DNA of 64,000 bases from Alistipes sp. (GCA_017935185.1 JAGBIC010000028.1:4438-68437); one strand, 5' to 3'; positions 29,285 through 42,881 are shown, counted from the first letter of the stretch. The notes: generated by a model from the sequence alone, not told the origin. Numbers and translations: made by a program.

Positions 29285-29827
29285 ATGAGAAGATTTATAG
29301 TTTTTGGATTTAATTTAGGAGTATTACTGGTGCTTTTGTTTATGATTCTACTATTGTCAGCGTGTGTGTATAACGCAGGTCGTGATAGCATCAATCGTAG
29401 TACGGTCGAAAATTTCGACCTCTCGCGATTTATGGGCCGTTGGTATGAAATAGCACGCTTTGACCATAGCTTCGAGCGAGGTATGCAAGGTGTTACGGCC
29501 GACTACTCGTTGCAGGCAGATGGCTCTGTAAGGGTTGTAAACAGTGGCATGCGAGGTAATAAGCCGGTTGAGGCTGTCGGACGTGCAAAACTCACCTCGC
29601 AGCCCGGGCGTCTGCGTGTATCGTTTTTCTGGATATTCTATTCGGATTATAATATTTTGGCGATGGGTAATAATGGGCAGTGGGCTCTTGTTGGTAGTCG
29701 TTCCCCGCGCTACTTGTGGATACTCTCACGCACGCCCTCCATGCCGATAGACGAGTTGAATTATGTGATAAACCTCGCCGAGCAGCGAGGTTATAATACC
29801 GATAATCTGATATTTGTCGAACATTAG
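29285..29827 (+). CDS. Bacterial lipocalin (Blc-like lipoprotein)
   Basis: GRWYEIAR, LRVSFFW and YLWILSR motifs; lipobox LSAC. Confidence 0.92.
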   Translation: MRRFIVFGFNLGVLLVLLFMILLLSACVYNAGRDSINRSTVENFDLSRFMGRWYEIARFDHSFERGMQGVTADYSLQADGSVRVVNSGMRGNKPVEAVGRAKLTSQPGRLRVSFFWIFYSDYNILAMGNNGQWALVGSRSPRYLWILSRTPSMPIDELNYVINLAEQRGYNTDNLIFVEH

Positions 29828-30681
29828 TCGGCCTTGCGCTTTATCTTGAAGCGGCTGATTATGTTGTGACGAGATGCACGAGGGGTGTGGTATGAGAGAT
29901 ATAACCACCCCTTGTGTGTTGCAACCCCTTCGGGCTCCAACCCCTCGGCAAGTGGAATGATTCCCATGTTTTTGCCACTCTTTGCATTTGTGATGTGCAG
30001 TCGGGTGGGGCGTGGAGGTATTCCATCAGGCAGAAAAATCATATGGCGATATTTGTGGCTGCCTTGCGGTATAGTAATATCTCCGGCCGGTATTAAGCCC
30101 AAGGCCTGCTCGGGCTTCAGATGTACCTCGCCACGTGAGTCGGAGTCGGCAAGACGAGGTAACGGAAACCATTTCATCATTCTGGTTTTCCCTATTGTGC
30201 AATATAAGTATATTACATCTCTCTCGGCATCGACCAGCCAGTCGCAAGGGCCTGTAATCTCCTTGCCATCATAAAAAATCTTTTGCACAAGTCGTGAGCC
30301 TTCGAGCGAGATGTCGTTTACATAACAAGCTCGTTCGCCTCGGCACTCTGTTACGTAGAATAACGGGAATTGTGACTTGCGGGAGTAACGCTCGTTGCCG
30401 AATGAGGCGTTGTTGCAGTGGCCTGTGTTGCCTTCGAGGATAATGGAGTTGATGTATTTGCGGTGTTTTAGGTCGAAAATTACACACTGCCCCTTGTCGT
30501 GCATCGAAAATGCATAACGACCATATATGGCAAAACCCTGCGAGGGTGTTGCCGTATCAATATTTGCGGGCAGAATATCGGCAACGTCAAACAGAATCTC
30601 CTCCTTGCCAAGTGGCAACTCCTGCGCAGTGGCAGTGATGCAGCAGAGGGTAGATAGGAGTATTATGAGTGATTTTTTCAT
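29824..30681 (-). CDS. Secreted hypothetical protein (beta-propeller-like)
   Basis: Signal peptide MKKSLIILL; SQGFAI, HCNNASF and EPEGV segments. Start overlaps the dxs stop. Confidence 0.7.
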   Translation of the reverse strand: MKKSLIILLSTLCCITATAQELPLGKEEILFDVADILPANIDTATPSQGFAIYGRYAFSMHDKGQCVIFDLKHRKYINSIILEGNTGHCNNASFGNERYSRKSQFPLFYVTECRGERACYVNDISLEGSRLVQKIFYDGKEITGPCDWLVDAERDVIYLYCTIGKTRMMKWFPLPRLADSDSRGEVHLKPEQALGLIPAGDITIPQGSHKYRHMIFLPDGIPPRPTRLHITNAKSGKNMGIIPLAEGLEPEGVATHKGWLYLSYHTPRASRHNIISRFKIKRKAD

Positions 30682-32570
30682 TTCAGCAACTCTTTTATGG
30701 CGTTGACTATCGACGTGGCATCGTAACCACATAGCGCATACAACTCGGCAGGAGTTCCGTGCTCGATAAATTTGTCATCAATACCCAGACAGCGGATATG
30801 GCTGTTGTAGCCATTGTCGTTCATAAACTTGACCACAGCCTCGCCTACGCCACCACGCAATACACCGTCCTCGATAGTGATGACCTTATCGAATCTTGCC
30901 CCTATTTCGTGCAGTAACTCTTCGTCAAGCGGTTTGGCAAAACGTAAGTCATAGTGGGCTACTGAGTATTTCCCTTCTGACTCTATTTGTCGGATGGCTT
31001 CGGTGGCAAGATTACCTGTTGTGCCGATTGAAACGATGGCAATATCATCGCCTTCATGCAACTTGCGGCCTTTTCCTATTGCAATGCGCTCAAAAGGCTC
31101 ATTCTGCCACTTGACTCCCATGCCGCAACCTCGGGGATAACGTATCGAGAAGGGCGCTTGAGTGTTAACAGCAGTATATAGCATGTTGCGCAACTCCAAT
31201 TCATTCATGGGAGCAGCTACAATCATGTTGGGGATACATGAGAAATAGGCCAAATCGAAGACCCCGTGATGTGTCGCACCATCCTCTCCTACCAATCCTC
31301 CTCGGTCAAGGCAGAATGTTACAGGCAGATTTTGCAGAGCAACGTCATGAATTACGTTGTCGAAGGCGCGTTGCATGAACGTAGAGTAGATATTACATAC
31401 GGGGTGCATGCCTCCTGCTGCCAATCCTGCCGAGAATGTCACCGCATGGCCCTCGGCGATACCAACATCGAAACAACGCTCGGGCATCTCCTGCATCATG
31501 ATGTTCATCGAGCAACCCGAAGGCATGGCGGGAGTGATGCCTACAATACGCTTGTCGGTACGCGCCAATTCAAGCAGTGTGTGGCCAAAGACATCCTGAT
31601 ATCGTGATGCCGAATCTTTGGCAGGTATGCGCTCGCCCGTTTCGGGGTTGAATCGCCCTGGTGCGTGCCATACCGACTGATTGTCCTCGGCGGGAGTGTA
31701 GCCCTTACCCTTGGTGGTAATTATGTGTAGGAGTTTTGGCTCGTTAATATCTTTTAATGCCTTGAGTATGCGCACCAGCTCCTCGAGGTTATGACCGTCA
31801 ATCTGCCCGAAATAGCGGAAGTTAAAGCTCTCGAACATATTGCTGTTCTGCAATAGGCCCTGCTTTACCGCATTACCGGCCTTCTGGCAGAAATGTAGCA
31901 GTGGCGGTATGTGGGCAAATATGCTCCACAGGCGTCGCTTGAAACGGTTGTAGTGGCGAGAGGTGCTTACGTGTGTAAGATAACTCTTCAATGCTCCTGT
32001 GGCATTGTCGATTGCCATCTCGTTATCGTTGAGGATGACCAGCAGATTCCCCTTCTTTTTGTCGCCCGCGTTGTTCAGACCCTCAAAGGCAAGTCCGCCT
32101 GTCATTGCACCGTCGCCGATAACTGCTACCACATGACGATTGTCGCCACATAGCTCAGAGGCCTTTGCCAATCCATAGGCGGCCGAGATGGATGTTGATG
32201 AGTGGCCGGCGCCAAACGAGTCGTATTCGCTTTCAGCCATGCGAGGGAAGCCGCTGATACCGCCCATCTTGCGGTTGGTGGGGAAAAGGTCGCGGCGACC
32301 TGTGATAATCTTGTGGGCATAGGCTTGATGACCTACATCCCAAACAAGTTTATCGTGCGGGGTATCGTAAACGTAGTGAATAGCAACCGTAAGCTCGATG
32401 GTGCCAAGGCTGGAAGCCAGATGCCCGGGGTTCTTCGAGCACTCCTCGATTATATATTGGCGAACTTCTCGGCAATATAGTTTTAGCTCCTCGATAGAGA
32501 GTTTTTTCAGGTCTGCCGGAGAATTTACCTTGTAAAGCAAATCGTATTCTATGTGTTCAATAACATCCAT
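30678..32570 (-). CDS. dxs: 1-deoxy-D-xylulose-5-phosphate synthase
   Basis: WDVGHQAYAHK, GDGAMTGG, DVGIAEGHAV and DGATHHG motifs. Confidence 0.97.
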   Translation of the reverse strand: MDVIEHIEYDLLYKVNSPADLKKLSIEELKLYCREVRQYIIEECSKNPGHLASSLGTIELTVAIHYVYDTPHDKLVWDVGHQAYAHKIITGRRDLFPTNRKMGGISGFPRMAESEYDSFGAGHSSTSISAAYGLAKASELCGDNRHVVAVIGDGAMTGGLAFEGLNNAGDKKKGNLLVILNDNEMAIDNATGALKSYLTHVSTSRHYNRFKRRLWSIFAHIPPLLHFCQKAGNAVKQGLLQNSNMFESFNFRYFGQIDGHNLEELVRILKALKDINEPKLLHIITTKGKGYTPAEDNQSVWHAPGRFNPETGERIPAKDSASRYQDVFGHTLLELARTDKRIVGITPAMPSGCSMNIMMQEMPERCFDVGIAEGHAVTFSAGLAAGGMHPVCNIYSTFMQRAFDNVIHDVALQNLPVTFCLDRGGLVGEDGATHHGVFDLAYFSCIPNMIVAAPMNELELRNMLYTAVNTQAPFSIRYPRGCGMGVKWQNEPFERIAIGKGRKLHEGDDIAIVSIGTTGNLATEAIRQIESEGKYSVAHYDLRFAKPLDEELLHEIGARFDKVITIEDGVLRGGVGEAVVKFMNDNGYNSHIRCLGIDDKFIEHGTPAELYALCGYDATSIVNAIKELLK

Positions 32571-32610
32571 AAATACAAATGTAATAAAAAACCTCCAATC
32601 ATGCAAAGAC

Positions 32611-33381
32611 TTACGCAACAGAGCAGGCGATTCCTATCGCCTGAACCATGTCGGCAATTTTTTGAAGTTCCTCTTTCCCAACCTTTTCGAGTGTTTGGCA
32701 TGGCGTGTCGCGGTCAAGTGAATAAACCATTACCTGTTTTGGAGAGAGTCGCTTTACGATCTCAAGCCATGCACTAATCTGTTCGGGGGTGGTGTTGTCG
32801 ACCCTCTGTCCCAAATACTCCCCACGCAGAAACATGGTCTGCATGATGAAATTACCTCCAAAAAGTGACAGTAGCTCCACAGTGCGGGCAACCGAGTAAT
32901 CACCTTGAGGCTTGTTGATGAGTTGCACGGTAGCATCAAATGCCGAGTCGAGCTTCAGAATATTATTGTCAACCCTCATCAGCGCGCGGCGAACATCCTC
33001 TCTGTGAATCTGTGTGGCATTGCTTAACACCGAAACCTTTGCAGCGGGGCATAATTCATCTCGCAGGGCTATCGTATCGTCAATAATAGCCTCGAAATCG
33101 GGGTGCATGGTCGGCTCGCCATTTCCGGCAAATGTGATTACATCGGGCAGAGCCCCTTCGGCAGCCATCTGTGAAAGTGTTTGGCGCAACATGGTTTTAA
33201 CATCGTTGCGATTGTTGAAACGCTTTGCTCCCGGGTGATCGGCATTCCACCCACATTCGCAATAGATGCAGTCGAAATTGCATAACTTCGACTCTATGGG
33301 AAGTAGGTTTACCCCCAATGATAATCCAAGGCGGCGACTGCGAACGGGACCGAAAATTATATTGTCATATAAAGATGTCAT
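32611..33381 (-). CDS. Radical SAM protein (short TYW1-like family), function unknown
   Basis: FGPVRSRRLGLSLG, CNFDCIYC and GNGEPT motifs. Confidence 0.88.
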   Translation of the reverse strand: MTSLYDNIIFGPVRSRRLGLSLGVNLLPIESKLCNFDCIYCECGWNADHPGAKRFNNRNDVKTMLRQTLSQMAAEGALPDVITFAGNGEPTMHPDFEAIIDDTIALRDELCPAAKVSVLSNATQIHREDVRRALMRVDNNILKLDSAFDATVQLINKPQGDYSVARTVELLSLFGGNFIMQTMFLRGEYLGQRVDNTTPEQISAWLEIVKRLSPKQVMVYSLDRDTPCQTLEKVGKEELQKIADMVQAIGIACSVA

Positions 33382-33388
33382 CTCTTGA

Positions 33389-34252
33389 TTAAAGTTTTGA
33401 GCGTCGATACTCTTTGGGCGTCATTCCGGTGTGACGCAGGAAATATTGTCCAAAAAACGATGGGTTGGGGAAATTTAACTTCTCCGACACCTGCTGTATG
33501 GTAAGTTGTGATGTGGCGAGCAGTGCTTTGGCGTTTGTTATTACCGTATAGGTGATCCATTGTGCTGCGCTGCGCCCCGAAATCTGACGAGAGATAAGGG
33601 TCAGATATTTTGGTGTAATATCCAACTTGTCGGCATAATATTGCACCTCGCGCGATTTTGTCATATCGGTAGCCAGATACGATAAGAATTGACGGAAAAG
33701 TATATCTTGGCGGGTGCAGGGCTCATGCTTTACAGGGATATGCTTGGCATAAATGCCCGCCAGCTCGTAACATAGCAGCAAGAGCATGTGGTGGTTTATC
33801 TGCTCATGGAAAGGGTGGTCTGCACGGCTGTCTTTGGCATGCATCATTGTGCAAATCTCCATGATTGTGTCGGCTTGCTCCTGCGTGAGCTGTATACATG
33901 GGTTCTCGCGCATCATGATTTGTATCGAATTTGATGACGGGAAGGTTAGCTCTCGCAAGAAATCGATATCGATAGCCAATGTATAGCTCCTGAAAACTTC
34001 GCTGGTATTGAGTGCCTGAATTATTGTTCCGGGGAATGCAACACACATAGAGCATTTGTTGAGTCGGTATTTGTGCTGATTGATGATAACATCACCCTCT
34101 CCCTCCAAACACAAGAAAATTCCGCCTCGGCTTACTGCGCGGGGAATGTCGTTCTCTGTCATGTGGGCATAGTAGTCCTTGCTGTCGATGTAAGAGAATA
34201 GCTTGGTGTTGCTTTCGGTACTCGGATTGCTTTGATCTAAAGGTTGTTTCAT
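33389..34252 (-). CDS. AraC-family transcriptional regulator
   Basis: C-terminal double HTH: YADKLDITPKYL...FPNPSFFGQYF..TGMTPKEYR. Confidence 0.92.
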   Translation of the reverse strand: MKQPLDQSNPSTESNTKLFSYIDSKDYYAHMTENDIPRAVSRGGIFLCLEGEGDVIINQHKYRLNKCSMCVAFPGTIIQALNTSEVFRSYTLAIDIDFLRELTFPSSNSIQIMMRENPCIQLTQEQADTIMEICTMMHAKDSRADHPFHEQINHHMLLLLCYELAGIYAKHIPVKHEPCTRQDILFRQFLSYLATDMTKSREVQYYADKLDITPKYLTLISRQISGRSAAQWITYTVITNAKALLATSQLTIQQVSEKLNFPNPSFFGQYFLRHTGMTPKEYRRSKL

Positions 34253-34368
34253 GATAAATATTGGTTCGGAGTGCAAATATACAGAAAGAATTTGCAATAA
34301 TGAATATAAAAATACCTATTTTATAATAAAATCCTCATTTTTGTGGCGTAATAGAACATTTTACATAT

Positions 34369-34812
34369 GCAGAACCCAAAACGTTCTCGCACTTGTGAGA
34401 ATAAAGGGTGTCAACCATTTAGGAGCGTAGCGACCAAAGCCTCCCTTTGTCAAAGGGAGGAATGGAGGGAATGTCAAAATGTGAAAGCTTTACATGCACA
34501 AAAGATACAAAAAATGCGACCCTTAAAAGGAGTCGCATTTTATTGGGAGTCGTATTATTTTACTCAACCTTACCGGCAGAACCCAAAACGTTCTCGCACT
34601 TGTGGGAATAAAGGGTGTCAACCATTTAGGAGCGTAGCGACCAAAGCCTCCCTTTGTCAAAGGGAGGAATGGAGGGAATGTCAAAATGCGAAAGCTTTAC
34701 ATGCACAAAAGATACAAAAAAATGCGACCCATAAAAGGAGTCGCATTTTATTTAGAGTCGTATTACTTTACTCAACCTTGCCGGCAGAACCCAAAACGTT
34801 CTCGCACTTGTG
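34369..34812. repeat. Tandem repeat (207 and 208 bp units) containing the fba 3' end, its terminator and a REP-like palindrome
   Basis: GCAGAACCCAAAACGTTCTCGCACTTGTG starts at 34369, 34576 and 34784. CCTCCCTTTG-T-CAAAGGGAGG occurs at 34440 and 34647. Confidence 0.93.
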
Positions 34813-35763
34813 CATGTAAAGCTTCTTAAGCTCATCACGTGCGGGGCCCAAGTACTTGCGGGGGTCAAACTCTGCAGGATTGTCAACGAATACCTTGCGA
34901 ACCATTGCAGTCATAGCAAGACGGCCGTCAGAGTCGATGTTAATCTTGCAAACTGCGCTCTTGGCAGCCTGACGCAACTGCTCCTCGGGGATACCTACTG
35001 CGTCCTTCAATGCACCACCGTGAGTGTTGATGATCTTAACATACTCCTGGGGAACTGAAGAAGAGCCGTGCAATACGATGGGGAATCCGGGCAACTGCTT
35101 CTCGATCTCGGCCAAGATATCGAAACGCAATGGGGGAGGAAGAAGGATACCCTCCTCGTTACGGGTACACTGCTCGGGCTTGAACTTGTTGGCACCGTGT
35201 GAAGTACCGATTGAGATAGCCAATGAATCAACACCGGTCTTTGTTACGAAATCAACAACCTCCTCGGGGCGAGTGTAGTGAGCAACCTCTGAAGACACCT
35301 CATCCTCAACACCTGCCAAAACGCCGAGCTCACCCTCAACAGTTACATCGAACTGGTGAGCGTAATCAACCACCTGCTTTGTAAGAGCTACGTTCTCCTC
35401 ATAAGGAAGGTGAGAACCGTCGATCATTACAGAAGAGAAGCCCATGTCGATGCAGCTCTTGCACAACTCGAATGAGTTACCGTGGTCGAGGTGAAGAACG
35501 ATAGGAATGTTCTTGCCCAACTCCTTTGCATACTCAACAGCACCCTGTGCCATGTAACGCAACAGAGTCTGGTTAGCGTACTTACGAGCACCTGAAGATA
35601 CCTGCAAGATAACGGGTGAAGAGCACTCAACACAAGCTGAAATGATTGCCTGCATCTGCTCCATGTTGTTGAAGTTGAATGCGGGGATAGCATAGCCACC
35701 CTCGATAGCCTTCTTGAACATCTCACGAGTGTTCACAAGACCAAGATCCTTGTAAGAAATCAT
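34768..35763 (-). CDS. fba: Class II fructose-1,6-bisphosphate aldolase
   Basis: LHLDHG, MIDGSH, VEGELG, GTSHG, VLHGSS and KINIDSD motifs. Confidence 0.97.
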   Translation of the reverse strand: MISYKDLGLVNTREMFKKAIEGGYAIPAFNFNNMEQMQAIISACVECSSPVILQVSSGARKYANQTLLRYMAQGAVEYAKELGKNIPIVLHLDHGNSFELCKSCIDMGFSSVMIDGSHLPYEENVALTKQVVDYAHQFDVTVEGELGVLAGVEDEVSSEVAHYTRPEEVVDFVTKTGVDSLAISIGTSHGANKFKPEQCTRNEEGILLPPPLRFDILAEIEKQLPGFPIVLHGSSSVPQEYVKIINTHGGALKDAVGIPEEQLRQAAKSAVCKINIDSDGRLAMTAMVRKVFVDNPAEFDPRKYLGPARDELKKLYMHKCENVLGSAGKVE

Positions 35764-36073
35764 AATTGTAATTTTATAGTTAATGAATTAAATATCCGTT
35801 ATTTGGCGAATCGCTTGTTAAGCTCTGTGGTGGTTGCTTGCGATTTGCGACGCAAAGATACAAATAAATATGAGTTTTGTAAAAAAAATTAAGAAATATG
35901 ATGACCTGTTGTGGACAAAAAATCTACCAAGTGAGCAAAAACATGTGGATAAAAGCGAAGAAATGTAGATATAAATAGAAAAAAGTAATGTTGGATGAAA
36001 GAATTGGCTGATAAATTCTAATTTTGTAATGAGTAAATTTACGAAACAATTGATAACTTATTAAATAACCCAA

Positions 36074-37126
36074 ATGATTATGAAGAAGACAATCCTCTCT
36101 ATTGTTTTGTGTATGTTCGGCATGAACCTGATGGCGCAGGATGGTATCGATACCACCTTTGTGGCTCATGCCAATCCGTTTGTGAATTATAAATATCTTG
36201 CCGACCCCGGAGCATTGGTTGTTGGGGATAAGCTCTATATCTATGCCGGTCACGATACCTGCCCACCCGATAGGGAGCATTACCTCCTGAATGAGTGGTG
36301 TATATTATCTACCTCCGATATGAAAACATGGCATGAGCATAGTTACAAGATGCAGGCTACCGACTTCCCGTGGGCGCGCGGTGAGGCATGGGCGAGTCAG
36401 GTTATCGAGCGTGACGGTAAATTCTATTGGTATATTACTGCCGAGCATAAGAGTGTGCGAGGCAAGGCTGTGGGAGTGGCCGTAGCCGACTCTCCCGAAG
36501 GACCTTTTGTTCCACAGCCCGAGGCTCTTGTGACAAATGCCATGACGACCGAATATACAAGCATAAGCTGGGATGATATCGACCCTACGGTATTTATCGA
36601 CGATGACGGACAAGCTTATCTGGCGTGGGGAAATACCCAGCTCTACTATGCAAAGTTGAAAGATAATATGGTTGAGCTGGATGGCGAAATTATGCCGATA
36701 AGCATCAAAGGTGTGAGAATGCCGTCTAATCCTAAGCAGTGGAACGATGAGGTTATGGCATCACCTGCCGATGGGCAATCGAATTTCTTCACCGAGGCTC
36801 CGTGGTACCACAAACGCAAGGGTTGGTATTATCTATCGTTTGCAATCGGCTTCCCCGAGAAGACTGCTTATGCCATGAGTCGCTCGATAAACGGGCCGTG
36901 GGAGTATAAGGGGGTGTTGAACGAGGTTGCAGGCCATAGTAACACCAACCACCATGCTATTGTCGAGTTTAAAGGCAAGTGGTATTTTATATATCATAAT
37001 GGAGCTCTTAATACCAAAGGTTCTAGCTTCCGCCGCTCGTTGTGCATCGACCGTATCTATTATGAGCGTAACGGCGAGATGCGCAGAGTGCAGATGACAA
37101 GTGAAGGTATATGGGGCGATAAATAG
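36074..37126 (+). CDS. GH43 glycoside hydrolase
   Basis: ADP, AWAS, IDPTVF, TEAPW and TNHH motifs; signal peptide. Confidence 0.92.
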   Translation: MIMKKTILSIVLCMFGMNLMAQDGIDTTFVAHANPFVNYKYLADPGALVVGDKLYIYAGHDTCPPDREHYLLNEWCILSTSDMKTWHEHSYKMQATDFPWARGEAWASQVIERDGKFYWYITAEHKSVRGKAVGVAVADSPEGPFVPQPEALVTNAMTTEYTSISWDDIDPTVFIDDDGQAYLAWGNTQLYYAKLKDNMVELDGEIMPISIKGVRMPSNPKQWNDEVMASPADGQSNFFTEAPWYHKRKGWYYLSFAIGFPEKTAYAMSRSINGPWEYKGVLNEVAGHSNTNHHAIVEFKGKWYFIYHNGALNTKGSSFRRSLCIDRIYYERNGEMRRVQMTSEGIWGDK

Positions 37127-37140
37127 TTTTGATTGCCCAC

Positions 37141-37179
37141 AAAAAAAGCGGCTCGGAATTCCCGAGCCGCTTTTTTATT
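37141..37179. terminator. Bidirectional terminator
   Basis: AAAAAAGCGGCTCGG/CCGAGCCGCTTTTTT stem. Confidence 0.88.
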
Positions 37180-37193
37180 GCTGTTGCTTCAGA

Positions 37194-40292
<3,099 letters not shown>

Positions 40293-40473
40293 TTATTGAG
40301 TTTTTGAGATGTCGTGTTTGATTTTACTGTATAAGCCATTGGCTTACTGGTTTGTTTTGTTAAGCCTGACAAAGATAATGTTTATAAGTATAAATTCAAA
40401 ATTACGTTAAGTTTTTCACGGAAAAACCACTCCGGCCTATATGGGAGGAGTGGTTATAATATGAATTGAATTC

Positions 40474-41712
40474 TTATGCCAACATGGGTTTTACAACGCC
40501 AAAGAGCAGATATGCAACGATGAGAGTTACAATAATATTGAAACCTTGAGCTGTGAGGAATGCCCAAAGAGGTTTTCTGTTCTCTTTTGAGAATATGTCG
40601 GCGAAACGGGTCTCAAGACCTACACATACAAAGGCAATACTGAAGAGTGTGTTTGTAAAACCTTTGGTAATCTTGCCGATGGCTTTTGCATCGGCTGTAT
40701 CCATCAAGAAACTGAATACGAGCGAAGCCAAAACAAATCCAACCACAAACTTCGGGAAACGATCCCAGATAACGCCCAGTGTAGGCTTCTCTTCATTTTG
40801 CTTGCCCTGATAGGTCCACATAAGCGAGATAAGGAATGCCGCTACGCCAAGCAGTACGTTTTGTGAAGACTTGACAATGATGGCGGTCTGTGCAGCGGTC
40901 TCGCCGAGCATGGTGCCCGATGCCGCCACAGCGCCTGTGGTGTCGATTGTGCCACCCAACCATGCGCCTGCAACCTCCTCGCTCAAGCCGAGCAGGTCGG
41001 CAACCCATGGCATAATATACATCATAGGAATGGCACAGACAAGCACCAATGAAATAACGTATGATAGCTTCTTGTTGTCACCCTTGATAACACCCGATGT
41101 GGCGATAGCGGCCGATACTCCGCAAATAGATACCGAGCTGGCAATCATTGTAGACATCTCTCGGTCTTTAGTCATGCGCACTGAGTAGCGGAATGCAAAG
41201 AACCATACGGTGAATACTACGATTAGGGCTTGTGCCAATCCGAAAACGCCCGATTTCATCACCTCGCCAAAGAGAATTGTTGACCCCAGGCAGACAATAC
41301 CAATCTTGATGTAGAACTCGCTTTGAATGGCAGGTTTGAGCCACTGTGGGGTGCCAAAGCAATTGCTTACGATAAGACCGAAAATCACTGAGAAGAATAC
41401 CGATTCAAGTCCCCAAGTTTTGATTATAGGTATGTTTGCCACCACCTGAGCTGCAAGCGAAAGTACGAAAATTGTGAGCAACGAGAGGAAAATTCCCTTC
41501 ATCGGTCGGCGCAAAACGGCTTGACAAAGGTAGGTGAGTCCCAATATAGAGACAAACATAATGCCCGCCTTGCTCAAGTCGGCAAGTGATTCCAGCTTCT
41601 TTGGCATCGAGGGCATAAATTCGGGGAAGAGGGTGGCCAGCAGTAGTACAATGGCACCGGCATATACAATCACCCAATCTTCGTTCTTAAATGTTGCGAT
41701 AAGTTTTTTCAT
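40474..41712 (-). CDS. YeiH/putative sulfate exporter family membrane protein
   Basis: SICGVSAAIA and GAWLGGTIDTTGAV motifs; multiple TM helices. Confidence 0.87.
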   Translation of the reverse strand: MKKLIATFKNEDWVIVYAGAIVLLLATLFPEFMPSMPKKLESLADLSKAGIMFVSILGLTYLCQAVLRRPMKGIFLSLLTIFVLSLAAQVVANIPIIKTWGLESVFFSVIFGLIVSNCFGTPQWLKPAIQSEFYIKIGIVCLGSTILFGEVMKSGVFGLAQALIVVFTVWFFAFRYSVRMTKDREMSTMIASSVSICGVSAAIATSGVIKGDNKKLSYVISLVLVCAIPMMYIMPWVADLLGLSEEVAGAWLGGTIDTTGAVAASGTMLGETAAQTAIIVKSSQNVLLGVAAFLISLMWTYQGKQNEEKPTLGVIWDRFPKFVVGFVLASLVFSFLMDTADAKAIGKITKGFTNTLFSIAFVCVGLETRFADIFSKENRKPLWAFLTAQGFNIIVTLIVAYLLFGVVKPMLA

Positions 41713-41777
41713 GGTATGTGTTTTAGTTAGTATCTGTAATAAGAAGATTCCGACAGGGCTCTGCCGGAATCTATGGA

Positions 41778-42881
41778 CTATTTTTTGTCAATCTCGTTCA
41801 AAGCATAGGCGTAAGCGCCCAAAGAGATGGCAGTGCTGGCACCTATATGAGAGAACATCACGCCGATACGCTTCTGAGGATCGTAGGTGATCACCTTGTC
41901 AGAGCCATAAACCTTCAAATCGCGCGAAGCGCCCTTTGCAAACAGCTCGAACTCCTGCTCATTGTCCAGATCGTAGACTTTCATCTGTACTCGGTCGAAG
42001 CTGTCGCCACCGATAGAGTGCATCTGTGAACGTAGTTCGTTCAAAAGTGCAGGCTTGATGTATTTTGATGCAGCGGTTATACCTCCGCCAATAACAATCA
42101 CTCCATCAATCAATGTTACGGCGGTGGCCATTGCGTCGCCAGCAACCTCGCCCATGGTGGCAAATGCCTTGCGTGCAGCCTCCTGATTACCCTCACGCTT
42201 GCCTTCGGCAATGTCGTAGATATCTTTGGGCTCTAGTGATGGGTCGTCAATGCCCGACTCATCCTTGTAAACACGTTTTACGGCTCGAACGGCAACTCCA
42301 TCCTCTACCATCACATTAGGCATGTGCTTGTGGCGCAGGCAGAATGTCTCGATGCAAGAGTTGTCACCTGTGTGAAGCTCGCCGTTTGTCACAAAACCGA
42401 AGCCGAAACCGGTGCCGAAGGTGTAACCCAACAGGGTCTTGTAACGTTTTGCGCTGCCCAGCTTCTCGAGTTTGTCGTTAATCTCGGGCAATGCTCCGGC
42501 CAGCGCCTCGCCGTAGGCATAGAGGTCGGCATCGTTGTTAATATATACGGGAATACCAAATTTTTCCTCAAGAAACGGGCCTAAAGCCACGCCATCACGG
42601 AATGAAGGGAAGTTGGGCATATAAAATCCGCCTACAATACCATTAGCATAGTCGGCCGGGCCAGGGAAGGCAAAACTTATAGCCACGGGCTCGCAGTCGA
42701 GCTGTGCTTTCACACGATTAAATCCTTCAACAAGTGTAGCCATGCACTCATCCAAATTGTCGGCCTTGGCGGGCATGGTAATAGGGTCTATAATGAATTT
42801 GTTGGCTCGCATAGCACCGAATACGAAGTTGGTGCCGCCGGCATCAAGTGTGATAACTGTACGATTATCGTTTCTATACAT
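41778..42881 (-). CDS. ROK family sugar kinase
   Basis: DAGGT, FPGP, NNDAD and TFGTGFG motifs. Confidence 0.9.
   Translation of the reverse strand: MYRNDNRTVITLDAGGTNFVFGAMRANKFIIDPITMPAKADNLDECMATLVEGFNRVKAQLDCEPVAISFAFPGPADYANGIVGGFYMPNFPSFRDGVALGPFLEEKFGIPVYINNDADLYAYGEALAGALPEINDKLEKLGSAKRYKTLLGYTFGTGFGFGFVTNGELHTGDNSCIETFCLRHKHMPNVMVEDGVAVRAVKRVYKDESGIDDPSLEPKDIYDIAEGKREGNQEAARKAFATMGEVAGDAMATAVTLIDGVIVIGGGITAASKYIKPALLNELRSQMHSIGGDSFDRVQMKVYDLDNEQEFELFAKGASRDLKVYGSDKVITYDPQKRIGVMFSHIGASTAISLGAYAYALNEIDKK

Noticed and set aside
34369-34812. Possible CRISPR array (29-bp sequence seen three times)
   Set aside because: The intervening segments are ~178 bp and nearly identical, the repeat is the fba 3' end, and no cas genes are present.
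34367-34819. 150-aa plus-strand ORF with an internal repeat
   Set aside because: It only reads through the tandem repeat (first unit 207 bp is a multiple of 3), crosses terminators and ends antisense to fba.
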